From assembly GCA_022605425.2 (NCBI GenBank), contig CM061246.1:124001-188000 (forward strand): 64,000 bases of DNA, given 5' to 3'. This document shows, piece by piece, positions 12,477 through 25,184 of this stretch (the stretch's first letter is position 1; every line of letters begins with the position of its first letter). The DNA comes from Hamiltosporidium tvaerminnensis FI-OER-3-3. Taxonomy: Eukaryota; Fungi; Microsporidia. The notes below the pieces were generated by a model. The model was not told where the DNA came from and did not search any database. It was given only the letters and a program-made list of their open reading frames with translations. Made by a program: the position numbers and the translations under genes.

Positions 12477-12851
12477 TTAATTCAAATCCAACTTTTGGAA
12501 CAACCAAGGAACTTTCTTATTTATAAGAGCAGTTTCAAATACTTTGGTGACTTGCATAACAGCAGTCTTCTTACTAGCTGGTGATTCAAATGCTCCATCA
12601 AAATTAATATTAGAAATTCCAGTATCGCCTTTGTATCTTGTAGCTAGTAAATGAATTTTGTTAATTTTCTTGACGAAAACATTCATTCTCTTTTTTAACA
12701 CCTTTTCTTCTTTATCGGAAAATTTTGGAACTTTGGCTATTCCTGCTACAACTACTCTATCGGAATTCTCATCTGCTTTGATGACAGTTGCTTTACAACC
12801 GGCAAAACGACCACGAGTCATTACAACAAACATATTTTTTTTAAATATCAT
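12477..12851 (-). CDS. RPL27: 60S ribosomal protein L27 (eL27)
   Basis: GRFAGCKATVIK, VAGI..., FVKKINKIHLLATRY, WLFQKL; CCC upstream. Confidence 0.95.
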   Translation of the reverse strand: MIFKKNMFVVMTRGRFAGCKATVIKADENSDRVVVAGIAKVPKFSDKEEKVLKKRMNVFVKKINKIHLLATRYKGDTGISNINFDGAFESPASKKTAVMQVTKVFETALINKKVPWLFQKLDLN

Positions 12852-14654
12852 TTTTAAGGGTAAAAGATGCTTGCTAAAATATATTTTTTTAAAAATGTGG
12901 AATTTTACAGTTTTGGTTTTTAAAAATACATGAAAATATTTATAAAAAAATTATAAAAACTTGCCTATTTTTAAAAACTTAATCTGGTGCAACGATTAGT
13001 ACATTTAAATGAGATTTATTATTTTTATTGTTTCTCTTATATTCAAGGATATTGAAACATAAGGTGTATTTTGAATATTTCAAATAGTACCAAAAATCAA
13101 AATATCTAATTTTATAATTCATTACAAATATTTAAATTTGCATTTATTTGAGCGAAAAAAAATTGTCAATGTGAAAATTATGGTCTGTAATTACCAAGTA
13201 ATTTTGTAGTAGTACGGTTTAGATGATATTTTCCCTACTTTTTATTCAATTTTTTTTTATGTACAAAGATTTTCTGAATTCACATAGTATTTCATATATA
13301 ATAACATCGATATATCAAATCATTTGAACAAATTCAGATTAATTATATCTTTCTTTCAGATATTTCTTGATAAATTAGAAAATTTTTTGTGGAAATTAAA
13401 CAGACAAAATAACCAAAAATAAACAAAGCAGCATGTTTTACGATTTTGATATTAATTTTTTTCGTAGATTAATGAAATTATTGTTACTATCTTTTAAAAT
13501 GCTATAGACTTTATTGATTATTGGCTGACCAATAACTTAGATTTCTTAAGATTGGCTCTCGAAACTTGGTAGCTACATAATCTGAAATAATCACATATGG
13601 ATTTATTCCAACATGGAATTCGAAGAAACTTGTTCATTAGTAAAAATTGTGCAACTGAAGGATATTTTAATTGAAAAAATAGAATAGATCGAGGATTTTG
13701 AGAAGTGATTTGTTTTATATAAGCTTTTTTTTATTAATTTAATAATTCACTCCTTCACTACAGAAGGAACCCAATTCAACGATGAATCATAGCTTTGCCG
13801 AGTTTTAGGCGTTCCAAAGATAATTTTTTTTGATAGATTAGGTTGTAAGTCTCAAGCAAACTTTTCGTACGAAAGATAAAGAGTGCACCAACCGAAAAAC
13901 GAATCATTTATATAAGCCTTGCCCAATTTAATTCTTATTTAAAACATATATATCAAATCATTTTCTAATTTAGAAATAAGTTCTTACCATGATATATACT
14001 ATTCCTAATCCTACTTTTATTCGAAAAATTTTCGAATTTAATAGCACCGGATTAAATTCGAAAGCTAAATCTGTATTAATTAGGAAAAGTGTATAAACAT
14101 AGGATACTTTTTTTTGGTATCCGGTATGTATATTTTTGATATTATTTTTGCAAGCGGTTACCTGTTATTTATCTAAAATCTAAATATTTAAATATTGCAA
14201 GTATGTATTTTGCCTTCTAATAAGAATTTTTGTATTTGATTTAGTAGAAATGTTTTGTTCTGTAGTTTAATTTCTTAATTCATAAGTTAAAGGAAAGTAT
14301 CTTTAAAACTATTAATCATTTATTGTAACCAAATAAGATTATTTAATTAATTTTTTGTTTCCTGTTTATTTTCATGAGATATGTTCTGGTAATATGAACG
14401 GTTGAATTTGCGTTTCCTACCACAAGTTTCATTCATTGTATACAAAAAATTTTCATAAAAAGACATATATATTTGAAACTCACGCATTTAAATCTATACA
14501 TGATCAATAGAATAACTTAGCATTCATTATCTTTTTAATCGAATTCAGATAATTAAATGCAGATTCAATAATGAAGCAATTTAGTTATATCTGAACCAGA
14601 TATTCAGCTTAGTGATGCTCATTAAGAACATGAATTAGATTCATATTTTTTAAT

Positions 14655-15350
14655 GTATTTATTAATATCACACTATTTTATAACGAAAATAAGCTATATT
14701 TTTTTCATGATATTAACGTAGTTCTAGGTTTAACATTTCCCCAAACTCCATCAATGTCAAAAAAATTTTTACATTTAAAGCTTTTCATTTAGAAAGCGTT
14801 TAGAACTTGTGTAATGAGCAGGGTAGTCGCCTGAAGTTCGTTAATGTTTGTTGCTGGGAATGTGAGTGCAGATCGAAACTCACATTTAGATTCTCAAGGA
14901 CAGTAAAATTCACATTTACTCAAACCATTTTTAATCGAATATTCTCCAGAAATATTTACTCTAATCCGACTTACATAGGTCTACTAGGCTTAGTAATCTA
15001 ATACCGATAGATATAACCTTCAACTTGGCTTTTATTATAGAGAGCATGTTTTTCTGTATTTCCCAGATGTTCGTCTTTTAATCCGAGTATGTAAAGCCGA
15101 ATTTTTATGCTTATAGATGCCGTTCCCTATAATTTTCAGTTGTATCACAATCAAGTTACATAAAAAACGCAACCGGTCTTCTTAAAAAGTGTCACCATTT
15201 TGTAGACTATCTCCTCCGTATATAATCCCCGATATAATTAGGTAAAATATAATGTTTTTCATCCCATCAAGATTTAAACATAAGAATTTGACATTAATTT
15301 TACTTATTATTGCTAAACAGATGTTTTCTATCCTATTATGATTCTTCCAC
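14655..15350 (-). mobile_element. Family A, old full-length diverged copy
   Basis: Reverse complement begins gtggaagaatc at 15350; near the 3' end it has atgttaaacctagaactacgttaatatcatgaaa. Confidence 0.72.
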
Positions 15351-16822
15351 TTATGAAATACACAAATTTCGATGTTTGTAACATTTTTCAAACCGTCTTG
15401 CTTTAGATATAAGAACCATTTGAATTTAGTAAGAAGTCTTGGTTTTTATTTGTTTGCAGATTTAATAATTTTTGTGTTTAAAATTAGACAAAAAAATGTT
15501 ATAAGGATTTCGAACATAATACTCAGCTATTACGGTAAAGCAATAACTCTATTATTTCGTTTTTTAATCATCATATATAGAATTGATTTTTACAATCATA
15601 GGCACTGATGTGTTAAAATTGAAGAAAAATTAATTGGTTGCTGGATTAAATTTAAATGGTTTCTATTGTTTATATGAAAATACACGTGGGAAAATATTTA
15701 TGAATTATTTGTTCATTATTTAGCAAATGCTATTTTAGTTGAAAAAGCCAAACTATTCAAGTTATTTGAAATGTATATTTCCTCACAATGTTTATGATAT
15801 TCTCATCGCTATGTAAAAACGATCATTTTTATTAGACTTATATATTATTTTATGATTTCTTTTGGTTAGCAAATATTTATAATGTAGTATATATTAAAAA
15901 AAATCGATCCACAAAAAAGGTGTTATTACTCCATTCTCAGTCATTTTTGTTGTAATTTTTGTTTTTTTGCAAAATAAGAGTCTGTATAAAATTATTTAAA
16001 GTTTAAAATACATTTTTTTGGCATTTTTATTGTAACTTGGAAGAAAAATATTTAGTAAATTTTATAAACAAAAAATGAATAAAGAATGTTGATGGAGTTG
16101 GTTAAATTGATATCATAAATAATTATCAAAAAAAGCATATTTTGCAAAAGAAAATAGAATATAAAATTGATCATTTAATATTATATACTTCAATTCACCC
16201 CTCCTCCCAAAAATTACAATATGTAGAAAAATAAAAGTAAACTCAAATTATATATTTGATTCAAAACAAGGTAAAGGCAAATGAAAAAAACTAGCTTACT
16301 GCATAAAAATCTATAAAAATACTGACCCTATATACATTTCGATATAAACATATTAAAAACGTGGTGAAAAACAAGGTTATAAATCTAATACGGAAAATAA
16401 TATTTATATTAAAGAATAATCTTTTCCTAAAATTTGCAAAGTTAGTACCAGCTTGTGATATTGAGCCGCTTCTCTACTTTATACATGACAAGATTAGATT
16501 TGAAGAAAGCAAAACTGCAGATATTTCTTTTTAAAATTATTCATGGTTTTACGGCTAAATGTAAAAAAAACACCCGAACAGGACTGTGCTAGGCCTCGCA
16601 ACAAAGTACTAGATATAGATGCAAATTTCGTGCAGAATGCCTATATCAATGTTCACTAAATTCTTTTTAAGGCGATTTTTCGAGCGATTAGTTAAAATAA
16701 TTATCCGGGAATTGAATTTGACTTTGAATAAAAATATATCAGTCTTTTTGATAGCAAACTGAAAGTTTATCAGAATGTAAGATCTAACAAGATAACCCGT
16801 GATATCTTATATCACAAAATAT

Positions 16823-17526
16823 CGCTTCTTTTTAAAACAATGAAAGTTTTATATTCGTTTTCATGGTATTAACGCAGCTCTAGGTTTAACATAATTAACT
16901 GCTCCCCATGACTCCATAAGTATCCTCTGCGATAGCTATAACCCAAAGCCTTTCATCTAAAAAAGGTATAGAACCTATTTAATAGGCGAGATAGTTGCCT
17001 GCTGTCTGTTAATGTCGTTGCATGGTGTTGATTGCGACCGAGTTCTACCCGGGTCCTCTAAGACTATGCTACATGTTTACTTACTCTACAATTACAAAGC
17101 CCAATAAAATTTCAGCCAAGATATATTTCAGCGACTTACATGGAATCCACCTAGATAGGAAATGCCATACAAACAGGTATGACCTGCATCTTAGCTTTCC
17201 CGGCTTTAAATAGTTTTTATTTTTATATCTCCCAGGGCTAAGTCTTCTAAACCGAGTGTTCAAGCCCAAGTTTCCATGCTTTTGCATCATAATTACCTAC
17301 AATTCCACTGCGATCTACAGTCTGGTTACATAAAAAACTACAAAATATATTTATCAAAAAGGTTCGCCATTCCATAGACCTTCTCCTCCTCATAACAAAT
17401 CCCATGGAACAAGCAAAAATGTAGTGTGGTTTTATTCCCACTAAAAATCTAAACAATGATTTCACACTTCAACTTCACCAATTCATTGCCAAGTAGAAAG
17501 TCTTTATTGTGGTTATTCTCACTCAA
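16823..17526 (-). mobile_element. Family A full-length copy with 16 bp TSD
   Basis: Colinear with 39000-39731; ttatatcacaaaatat at 16807-16822 and 17527-17542. Confidence 0.92.
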
Positions 17527-17575
17527 TTATATCACAAAATATAAATACATTTAAAAATTTAAAGGGAGTACCAGA

Positions 17576-17720
17576 ATGGATAAAATAAGAAAATCAATTC
17601 TCTTGTTTCTACAAATAAACAATTTCATTTTAATATATGAACTTTGAGCAGGAAGGCGATCTCTTTATTAAAGACGCACTTTAAATTTAACGCCTTCCAA
17701 AAAATTTGGCATAACTTTGC
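17576..17720 (+). pseudogene. Decayed paralog of the 9712-9909 small ORF
   Basis: gagcaggaaggcgatctctttattaaagacgcactttaaatt vs gagcaggaatgcgatctccttgttagagacgtacttcaaact; upstream region also shared. Confidence 0.6.
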
Positions 17721-18399
17721 AAAGTTTTAAAAACAAAAGATCTCACTTATCTTGTCAAAAGAAATATGTTAAAGGAGTCTACCCGCGAACAATAACCTGT
17801 ATATTATTTGTTAATGAGTCTTGAAATTACACTGTATCTGATAAACCAGGATGTTTTTTTTAATGAATTATAACAAAAGGCACTATAGAAGATACCGGTT
17901 ACCTTTCAAAATAGAAGAATACATTTAGATATATAATACCCGAAAAGATTAAAAATTAATATTTTAATTAACAAAACGAAATATTTAAAACCTATTTTAT
18001 AGCAGAGCATAACCATCGGCATAAATCTATTCTTCTTTTACTTAATTACTTCATGATGGGATCTACCTTGATTTACATGAAATTGATGGATATGATAAAC
18101 AGTAATAAGTTATTCTATTAGTAATTAATTATAAATAAAAATGCATGATTTTCTTAACTAAAGATGTTTTTTCTTCAGAATTTATTATTTTATAAAAAAG
18201 AAGCTTAGAATAAAAATTGCAGATTCAATCCTCGATTCGACAAAAAATGAAAAAAATATATTAAAAAATCATAACACAAAGTTTGCTAATGTTATTACCC
18301 ATTTATATTATTTTTGAAAATTTTTTCGAAATCCCAATAAAAAATTAGGTCATAATTACGAATCATAGACCTAAGATATAATTTAGGTTAGAGTATACA

Positions 18400-18740
18400 C
18401 ATGATATCATGGATCAAATTCCGAGGTACTTACTAAGACTCCTTTAATAAATTTATCTGTAAAACAGAGGTTACGTGTTTTGACCAATGAGTCAAGTAGT
18501 ATTTATAAACGTAGTTTTGATGTAATACGTTATGTCATAACCTGCGATGGTATTTTTACAGAATAAAATAAGAGTTAGATTAAATATTTCGAATACTCAT
18601 GAATATAAAGACATAAATAAAATAAATTGTGTTCAAAAAGACAGTCAAGACAACATAATTTTGGGGTGAATAAAATTTGATTCATGACTAAATACTGATG
18701 TGGGCTGGGAAAAGACATCCCTGTGAATTCATACAATAGT
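18400..18740 (+). mobile_element. Family C highly decayed fragment
   Basis: ccaatgag...atttataaacgtagt...ttatgtcataacctgcgatggtatt...aaagacagtc matches the family C core. Confidence 0.6.
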
Positions 18741-20385
18741 CGATAAACACATCCAATCTATATAATATTTAAAAATAATAGCATCTGCCCGATTATTTTA
18801 AGCCGTAAAGACGCAAAATATCGAATTTTTGTTTTAGATGACATATACACATTATAGAGCTTGAAGATACATATAAATAAAGAATAGTATATAGGAAAAA
18901 GTGAAAAAAAATTTAAAATACGAATATTATGTGTAAAAATAGAAAACACACCTGACCAAGTATTTCATTAAATAAACACGAAGATAATTCTCAAAATTTT
19001 TAATAGAAAATAAACTTCAATAAATTATTTTGCAAGCATTATATAATTGACCTGAATTTTTTTATTTCTAACGGATTTTATATCTGATCTAAAAGAGCAA
19101 ATTTGAACATATTGATTCTTTATTTTCAAAAAGTAAACATATTTGCACTCCTTTTGGAATAAAACAAACTTTTACTCAGTCTACATTTCTTACCTTAAAT
19201 TATTTTATCTATTCAAACAGTTTTTTTTGTTTTTTCAGTTTAAATTGATATTTATTTATTTTAAATAGAAAAAAATTCTTTGTAATTTACTTTTTCGTCT
19301 AAATTACAAAAAAATATAAACAGTTATTTTTTTATTTAATTTTCAATAACTTTGGTTAGAATTACCTGAAAAAGAAAATTTGTTAATATTTTTGAGGTAT
19401 ATTCAAATTTTTTCTTTCTTTTCTTAGTTTTATACAAATTTAAACATACTTTTCTACAATTGTTTTTTTTATTGATAAAATTTTAAAATATAAAAATATT
19501 TCGTTAAATCATTCTTAAATTTGGATTTTTTCAGTAAAAAACCAATTAATATTTTTTTAAAAAGAATTAACAGAAATTTATACAATTTTTTTATATTTGA
19601 TAAATTAAATTTAAATTTTTTTTAATTTAAAATATTTTTTCAAGATCATTTTTCTTGATTTACTTGTTAAATTTTTTTTTAAAAAAACCTAGGTTACTTT
19701 TTATTTTTTATGTTTTTCTAAATTTTTAATTTAATTCATAAATTATCTTTGAATATATTTTTTGACATAAAGTGTTTTGATATAAACATATTTTAAACCA
19801 TATATTTACACTTTCAAGACATAATAATGTTTATCTGTAATAAGATCTCTCTATAAATTACACTTTTATAAAGAATTTATATTTTCAAAATTTTTTCAAT
19901 AAGATTAGAAAAAGACAGATTTTTTTAATTTAAACATACACATCTTTAGGTAACAAAATATTTATTAAATCATAATATTTAGATTTCTGTCATAAATACA
20001 ATTTATTATATTTATATGTCTACCTTATAACCACAAATTTAATTATTTCTTTCTATCGTTTATGTTAGTATGTATATCTTTAGGAATGCGTATAAGAAAA
20101 CATTCAAGTCGTAATATATCTATTTCTTTGAGATCCAAATAATAAACATTTATATCATCATCTATTCAAATATAGAAATTCAATTTGGTAAACTTCACAG
20201 TATGAAATCACATAATTTCTAATGCCTTTCCTCATCTTTATTTGACTAATAATTTATTTTAATTAACATTACAATATATTGTATATTAAAAATAATAATT
20301 AAATTACTAGAATCGTAAATTAAATAATTTTTAAATTAAATTTGTTTTATAAAAAAAGATATTTCATACGAAATTTAAAATAGAA

Positions 20386-20534
20386 AAACAATTTGTTTGT
20401 TTTAAGAATTTGCGCAATATTCGTTGATTTCTAGTTTGTGAAAAGATTTATATAAAGAAACAATTTGTTTGTTTTAAGAATTTGCGCAATATTCGTTGAT
20501 TTCTAGTTTGTGAAAACATTTATATAAAGAAACA
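20386..20534. repeat. 72 bp tandem duplication
   Basis: aaacaatttgtttgttttaagaatttgcgcaatattcgttgatttctagtttgtgaaaa x2, nearly identical. Confidence 0.95.
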
Positions 20535-21095
20535 TTTTTTTTTACAAAAAAATTTAATTAAAAATATTTTGTAGTTTGCAAATATTCTAACAAATTTTCT
20601 ATAAATTTCATACTGACTTATACAAAGCATATTAAAGCTTAAAAAAAGGCAACAAAAATTCATTTACTTCACTATCAAAGACTGAAAACGATCAATTAAA
20701 TATAAAATAGAAAAAAACTTTTAATAAAAATTTTAAATTACTTTAATTAAAGATAAATAACTGTTTTATAATTAAATTACTTAAATTAAAAAAGGTAAAC
20801 TAATTATTTATAGAATATATTTATTACTAGAACTATACATATATGTCTAATTTATAAATAATTATACTTAATTGTAAAAACATCTGTAATATATGTTTCA
20901 TAGTAATTTATTAAGTTTTTTGTTGTTTATTAATTTTTTTTGGCTAAAAAGTTTGATAATTTTATCTTTTTAATTTTTTTTTATAAATCACACTAAGTCA
21001 GCTTTTCTAATAACGTGGTGACAAAAAAGGTAATATTTTATATTTTTTTTTAAATTTTTGTATTTTAAATAGGATAGGGTTTAAAATATAAAAAA

Positions 21096-23033
21096 ATGAA
21101 AAGTAACTTACCAGCATCAAATAAAAAAAAGTATAGAAAAGTAAATGAACAGAGAAAAAGATTCAATTGTAGAAAAATAGAAAATGGATTGAAAGTAATT
21201 GAAAAAATATTTACACGTCCTGAATTGAATAATGAAGAAGTAAAAAAAGAGACGAAAGGTTCAAAAAATGAGATATGTAAGAAAAAAATAGAAACGAGGT
21301 GTGGCTTTTCTTACATAAACAATGAAAATAATAATTGTGGTAAAATTGAATCGAACCTGAAAAACTATAATCACAATGATGAGGAAAATGAATTTGGAAT
21401 AAGTCAAAAACGAAATGAGGCAAATAAATATTGCGAGGAACAAGAAAATAAATCAAAATATTCCATTCCTGTAAATCAATTGATTTCAAAAAATTATTAT
21501 TTTATTGAAGATGAAAACAAAAAGGAACATTCCATTTCGGTAGATCATTTCATTGATAATAATGAAAATATCAAAAAAGAAGGTGAAAATCAAATGGAAC
21601 AAATAATTGAGATTCGTAAGTTAATTAAAGAAAACACAAATTCAAATGAATATAATAAGGAAGAAGAGTCGATTATGGTTGGTAATTTTATGAATAAAAA
21701 AAATTTTGCAAAACAAACCAATCAATCTATTGAAAACTCAAAAAATATGATGCGTAGTAAATCACCTTTCAAATTTAAAAAACACATTTCATCAGATGAA
21801 ATGTACATTGTAGAAATTCTAAAATCACAAAACACACAACAAATTCTTCCGATTTTAACCAACATAATTCTTAACGTAAATTTATCCAAAGATTTAGAAA
21901 CAAAAATTTTAAATTTTTTGAAAGATAAATTATCAAAAATATCAAACAATATTACAATTCCGTTTTTATTTGATCATCAAAGTAAGGATGATAGATTTAT
22001 TGTTTTTGACGAATGGCCAGTTTTTTATAATTCAATTTTGATTTTAAAAAAATATTTGACACGAAATTTTTTTTCAAAAGAAATATTTTTCCAAATATTT
22101 ACCGAAAATGTAATTTCAAATATTTTTGAAAGAATAGTAAGTCGAGATGTAAAAGAAAGAACGGTGGTATTTCTTTTATCGGAACTTATTGTAAATAGAA
22201 TACCGGAATACACCAAAATATATTTAAAGTGTTTGATAAATGAGATAATAAAAATAATTCATTCCAAAACAGCAACAGTTGGAATTCAAGAAATTTTAAA
22301 ATTTTCCATTTTTTCACTTCAAAATTTTACAGATTTAAATATTGATATATTTCTATTTGAATGTATTTTACCATTATTTAAGAAAAATATCAATCAAAGT
22401 AATGGAATAGAATTCATAGAAATTTTAAAAATATTTATTTCTAAGAAATCTGAGACTATTAAAATAATTTTAAGTTATATTATTCGTTCTCTCGATTCCC
22501 TATCTGGATATTGTAAAGAGCTTATCGTTAAGTTTTTAGAAATTATTATAGAATACAATGGAAATATTTTGATAGAAAATGATCTTCTTAATCATTTTTG
22601 TATTATTTTGTGTCATTCAATAGAAAGTTCTTATTATTCACTTGTAGAATCCGTTTGTAATTTATTTTTGAATGAAAAATGCTATTTATTTCTTAAAAAT
22701 AACTCTAATTTCATTTTAACAAAAATCTTTGATTCTATTTATAATCTTTCTAAGAAATATTGGAATAAAAAAGATATTTGTCAGGTTTTGAATGTCATTA
22801 ATCTTTTAATGGTTATGAATAGAGAATGCTTTGAAAATTGTTTAAGAAATTACAATTTAAAGAAATATCAAGAAAAATATCCTTCTAAGTTTCTTAAAGA
22901 AAATATTGTACTCGAATGTTTTAAAAATGGATTGCTTAGGAATAATTCTGAGACTATCAATAATGTAAGAAAAAAGAGTACAGTACAGTTAAATGAAGAT
23001 GTATTAAAGAATTTGAAGAGAAGAAAATATTAA
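21096..23033 (+). CDS. RTS1: PP2A regulatory subunit B'/B56, divergent, with low-complexity N-terminal ~230 aa
   Basis: DEWP (WPHL), SRDVKER (SEDPRER), GIQEIL (GIAELL), SKKYWN (SKTHWN), MNRECFENC, C-terminal RKKS. Confidence 0.8.
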   Translation: MKSNLPASNKKKYRKVNEQRKRFNCRKIENGLKVIEKIFTRPELNNEEVKKETKGSKNEICKKKIETRCGFSYINNENNNCGKIESNLKNYNHNDEENEFGISQKRNEANKYCEEQENKSKYSIPVNQLISKNYYFIEDENKKEHSISVDHFIDNNENIKKEGENQMEQIIEIRKLIKENTNSNEYNKEEESIMVGNFMNKKNFAKQTNQSIENSKNMMRSKSPFKFKKHISSDEMYIVEILKSQNTQQILPILTNIILNVNLSKDLETKILNFLKDKLSKISNNITIPFLFDHQSKDDRFIVFDEWPVFYNSILILKKYLTRNFFSKEIFFQIFTENVISNIFERIVSRDVKERTVVFLLSELIVNRIPEYTKIYLKCLINEIIKIIHSKTATVGIQEILKFSIFSLQNFTDLNIDIFLFECILPLFKKNINQSNGIEFIEILKIFISKKSETIKIILSYIIRSLDSLSGYCKELIVKFLEIIIEYNGNILIENDLLNHFCIILCHSIESSYYSLVESVCNLFLNEKCYLFLKNNSNFILTKIFDSIYNLSKKYWNKKDICQVLNVINLLMVMNRECFENCLRNYNLKKYQEKYPSKFLKENIVLECFKNGLLRNNSETINNVRKKSTVQLNEDVLKNLKRRKY

Positions 23034-23330
23034 TAATGAAGAATACGATTACTTTTAAATGAAGATGTATTAAAGAATTTGAAGAGAAGAAAGTGATTTT
23101 TTTTGTTTTAAGTGCGCCAGATTTCTTCATTTGAAATTTGAAGAACTTTAAAATTGAAGAAAAAAAAAGAACAAAATTTTAATTTTGTTCGTTGTAGTAT
23201 ATTTTTATAATAAATTGATTTTATTGAATTCGGATTTAATTTTCTTTATTTTTCAAATCAAAATTTATTAACGACTTTAAAATTTTAGGCATTTAATTTC
23301 TGTGTTTGAAACTTTTTTGGTATGCAATCT

Positions 23331-25184
23331 TTAATTTTCTTTGATATCTTTGTAAGCCATACATAGATTACCATCCCCTTCGTTTTCCAAAAAGTAATCA
23401 AATGATTGTAGCAAATAAGTAAAAAAATGATGAAGAAAACAAAATCTACTGATAATGATTTCTTCAGAAAATGATTTATCAACTTTCTTGATAAAAATTG
23501 GTTCTTTGATATTTGAAGGTTTGAAAAGCCCAAAAAGGAAAAATTTTGATTTTGGAACGTTAAATTTTCTGAAATGGAAAATATTTCCTGGTAAATAAAG
23601 TTTTTGATGTAAATTAGATATTTTCAAATATTCTTTTATCATTTTTATGTATTCAGAAACATTTTTGTTGAATAGGAAGTAGCCTTTTGATCCAACAGAA
23701 CATGTCAAATATTTTAAATCCAAAAATGAACCATAAGATATTCTTGAAACTATATCATCTCCATAAATGAAGCAGGTAACGTTTAAATTTGACAAGATTT
23801 CACACAAATTAGAAGAAATTACTGGTGGTGGTGAATATGCTATTATTTCTATTTCATTTTCCGTTAAAACATTTTCCTTATAGAGTATTATTCCCACAAT
23901 AATTGCTATTCCACCTCCAAGTGAATGACCTGTAATTTTTAAACCTTTTAGGTCATAAATTTTTATAATCCTGATTATAAAATCTTTCCAGTCCTTTATA
24001 AAACACAATGCAAGATCTTTTATTCCTTTGTGCGAATATCCTTCATAAAAATTTGAATATTCGCAATTTAAATCATTTAAAGCATCCATAGAATCTGTGG
24101 TTCCTTTAAAGGAAATAACCAAATTGTTTTCATCAGAATCAATAAATATTAAATGAGGAACACTATGATTCAAATTTATTCGAAGTAAAAGTTCTTCTGG
24201 TATATTTAGATATTCAAGAATTGTTTTAGTTGGTTCTTTTACTTCGGGATCTACTTTAATTTGTTTCTTTATAAATTTTAAAATTAAAAAAGCCTGTCCG
24301 TAACTTGCAACTGAAAAATAGAAATTTTTTCTATATTTTATAATGAAATCACGTGGCATCGTTCCGTAACCTAAATTTATATCTTCATGGCCCAATTTTT
24401 GTAGTAAACCCGCATCTTGATCCAATAAAGGCACAGCATCGCCTGTTTCGGAAACGAAATCTTCATGTATATTTGTTTTTTCATAATTTTTATAAGAGCA
24501 ATCTGTAGAAACAGATCCATTTTGATGTAATAAAATTTTTGAATGCCCATTCTCCTTCTCCATGCCTGTATCTTGAGACAAGCTTCTGGTTTCCAGTACA
24601 GAGCCCGGTTCAAATCTAGTCAGTATATTTTCATATTCAAATGTATAATACTTCTCCAATGGAATCAATCCTCGTAAAAAATTAAATCTACAGGAGACCG
24701 AACCTTTTATAGCCGAAAGTAAAATATTTTTAATTGCTACAATTCTATTGAAATAATCCGAACTTCCAAACATTTTATAAAGCATTCCCATAAATAAAGG
24801 ATGTGTTTCTGTCGGTTTATCATCAGAATTATCTATTGCTTCAATATTTATATCAAAACAAATTTCGCCAATTCCTTTCTCACATACCTCTTCATAACTT
24901 ATATAATCATATGCATAGCAACCATGAAGTATTTTATATTTATTTATTCCTTTAAAAATACTAGAAACCATAATTATTACTGTGCCAATTACGTTTGCAT
25001 TTATAAGTCCTTCTTCATAAAATATTACTTCCAATGAAGAAAATAACTGGTCGTGGAGTGTAAGAAGTTTTATTGTAAAATTGTTTTCAATTTCATTTGA
25101 TTTATCTTGAAATACAAACTTTCTTTTGCATTTTGTGGTTATTAAATCTGATTTGATTTCTTTTATTTTCACTTGTATTTCCAT
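23331..25184 (-). CDS. Class 3 lipase (DAG-lipase-like)
   Basis: ISFKGT, SHKGI, ITGHSLGGG nucleophile elbow, YSPPP, DDIVSR. Confidence 0.9.
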   Translation of the reverse strand: MEIQVKIKEIKSDLITTKCKRKFVFQDKSNEIENNFTIKLLTLHDQLFSSLEVIFYEEGLINANVIGTVIIMVSSIFKGINKYKILHGCYAYDYISYEEVCEKGIGEICFDINIEAIDNSDDKPTETHPLFMGMLYKMFGSSDYFNRIVAIKNILLSAIKGSVSCRFNFLRGLIPLEKYYTFEYENILTRFEPGSVLETRSLSQDTGMEKENGHSKILLHQNGSVSTDCSYKNYEKTNIHEDFVSETGDAVPLLDQDAGLLQKLGHEDINLGYGTMPRDFIIKYRKNFYFSVASYGQAFLILKFIKKQIKVDPEVKEPTKTILEYLNIPEELLLRINLNHSVPHLIFIDSDENNLVISFKGTTDSMDALNDLNCEYSNFYEGYSHKGIKDLALCFIKDWKDFIIRIIKIYDLKGLKITGHSLGGGIAIIVGIILYKENVLTENEIEIIAYSPPPVISSNLCEILSNLNVTCFIYGDDIVSRISYGSFLDLKYLTCSVGSKGYFLFNKNVSEYIKMIKEYLKISNLHQKLYLPGNIFHFRKFNVPKSKFFLFGLFKPSNIKEPIFIKKVDKSFSEEIIISRFCFLHHFFTYLLQSFDYFLENEGDGNLCMAYKDIKEN

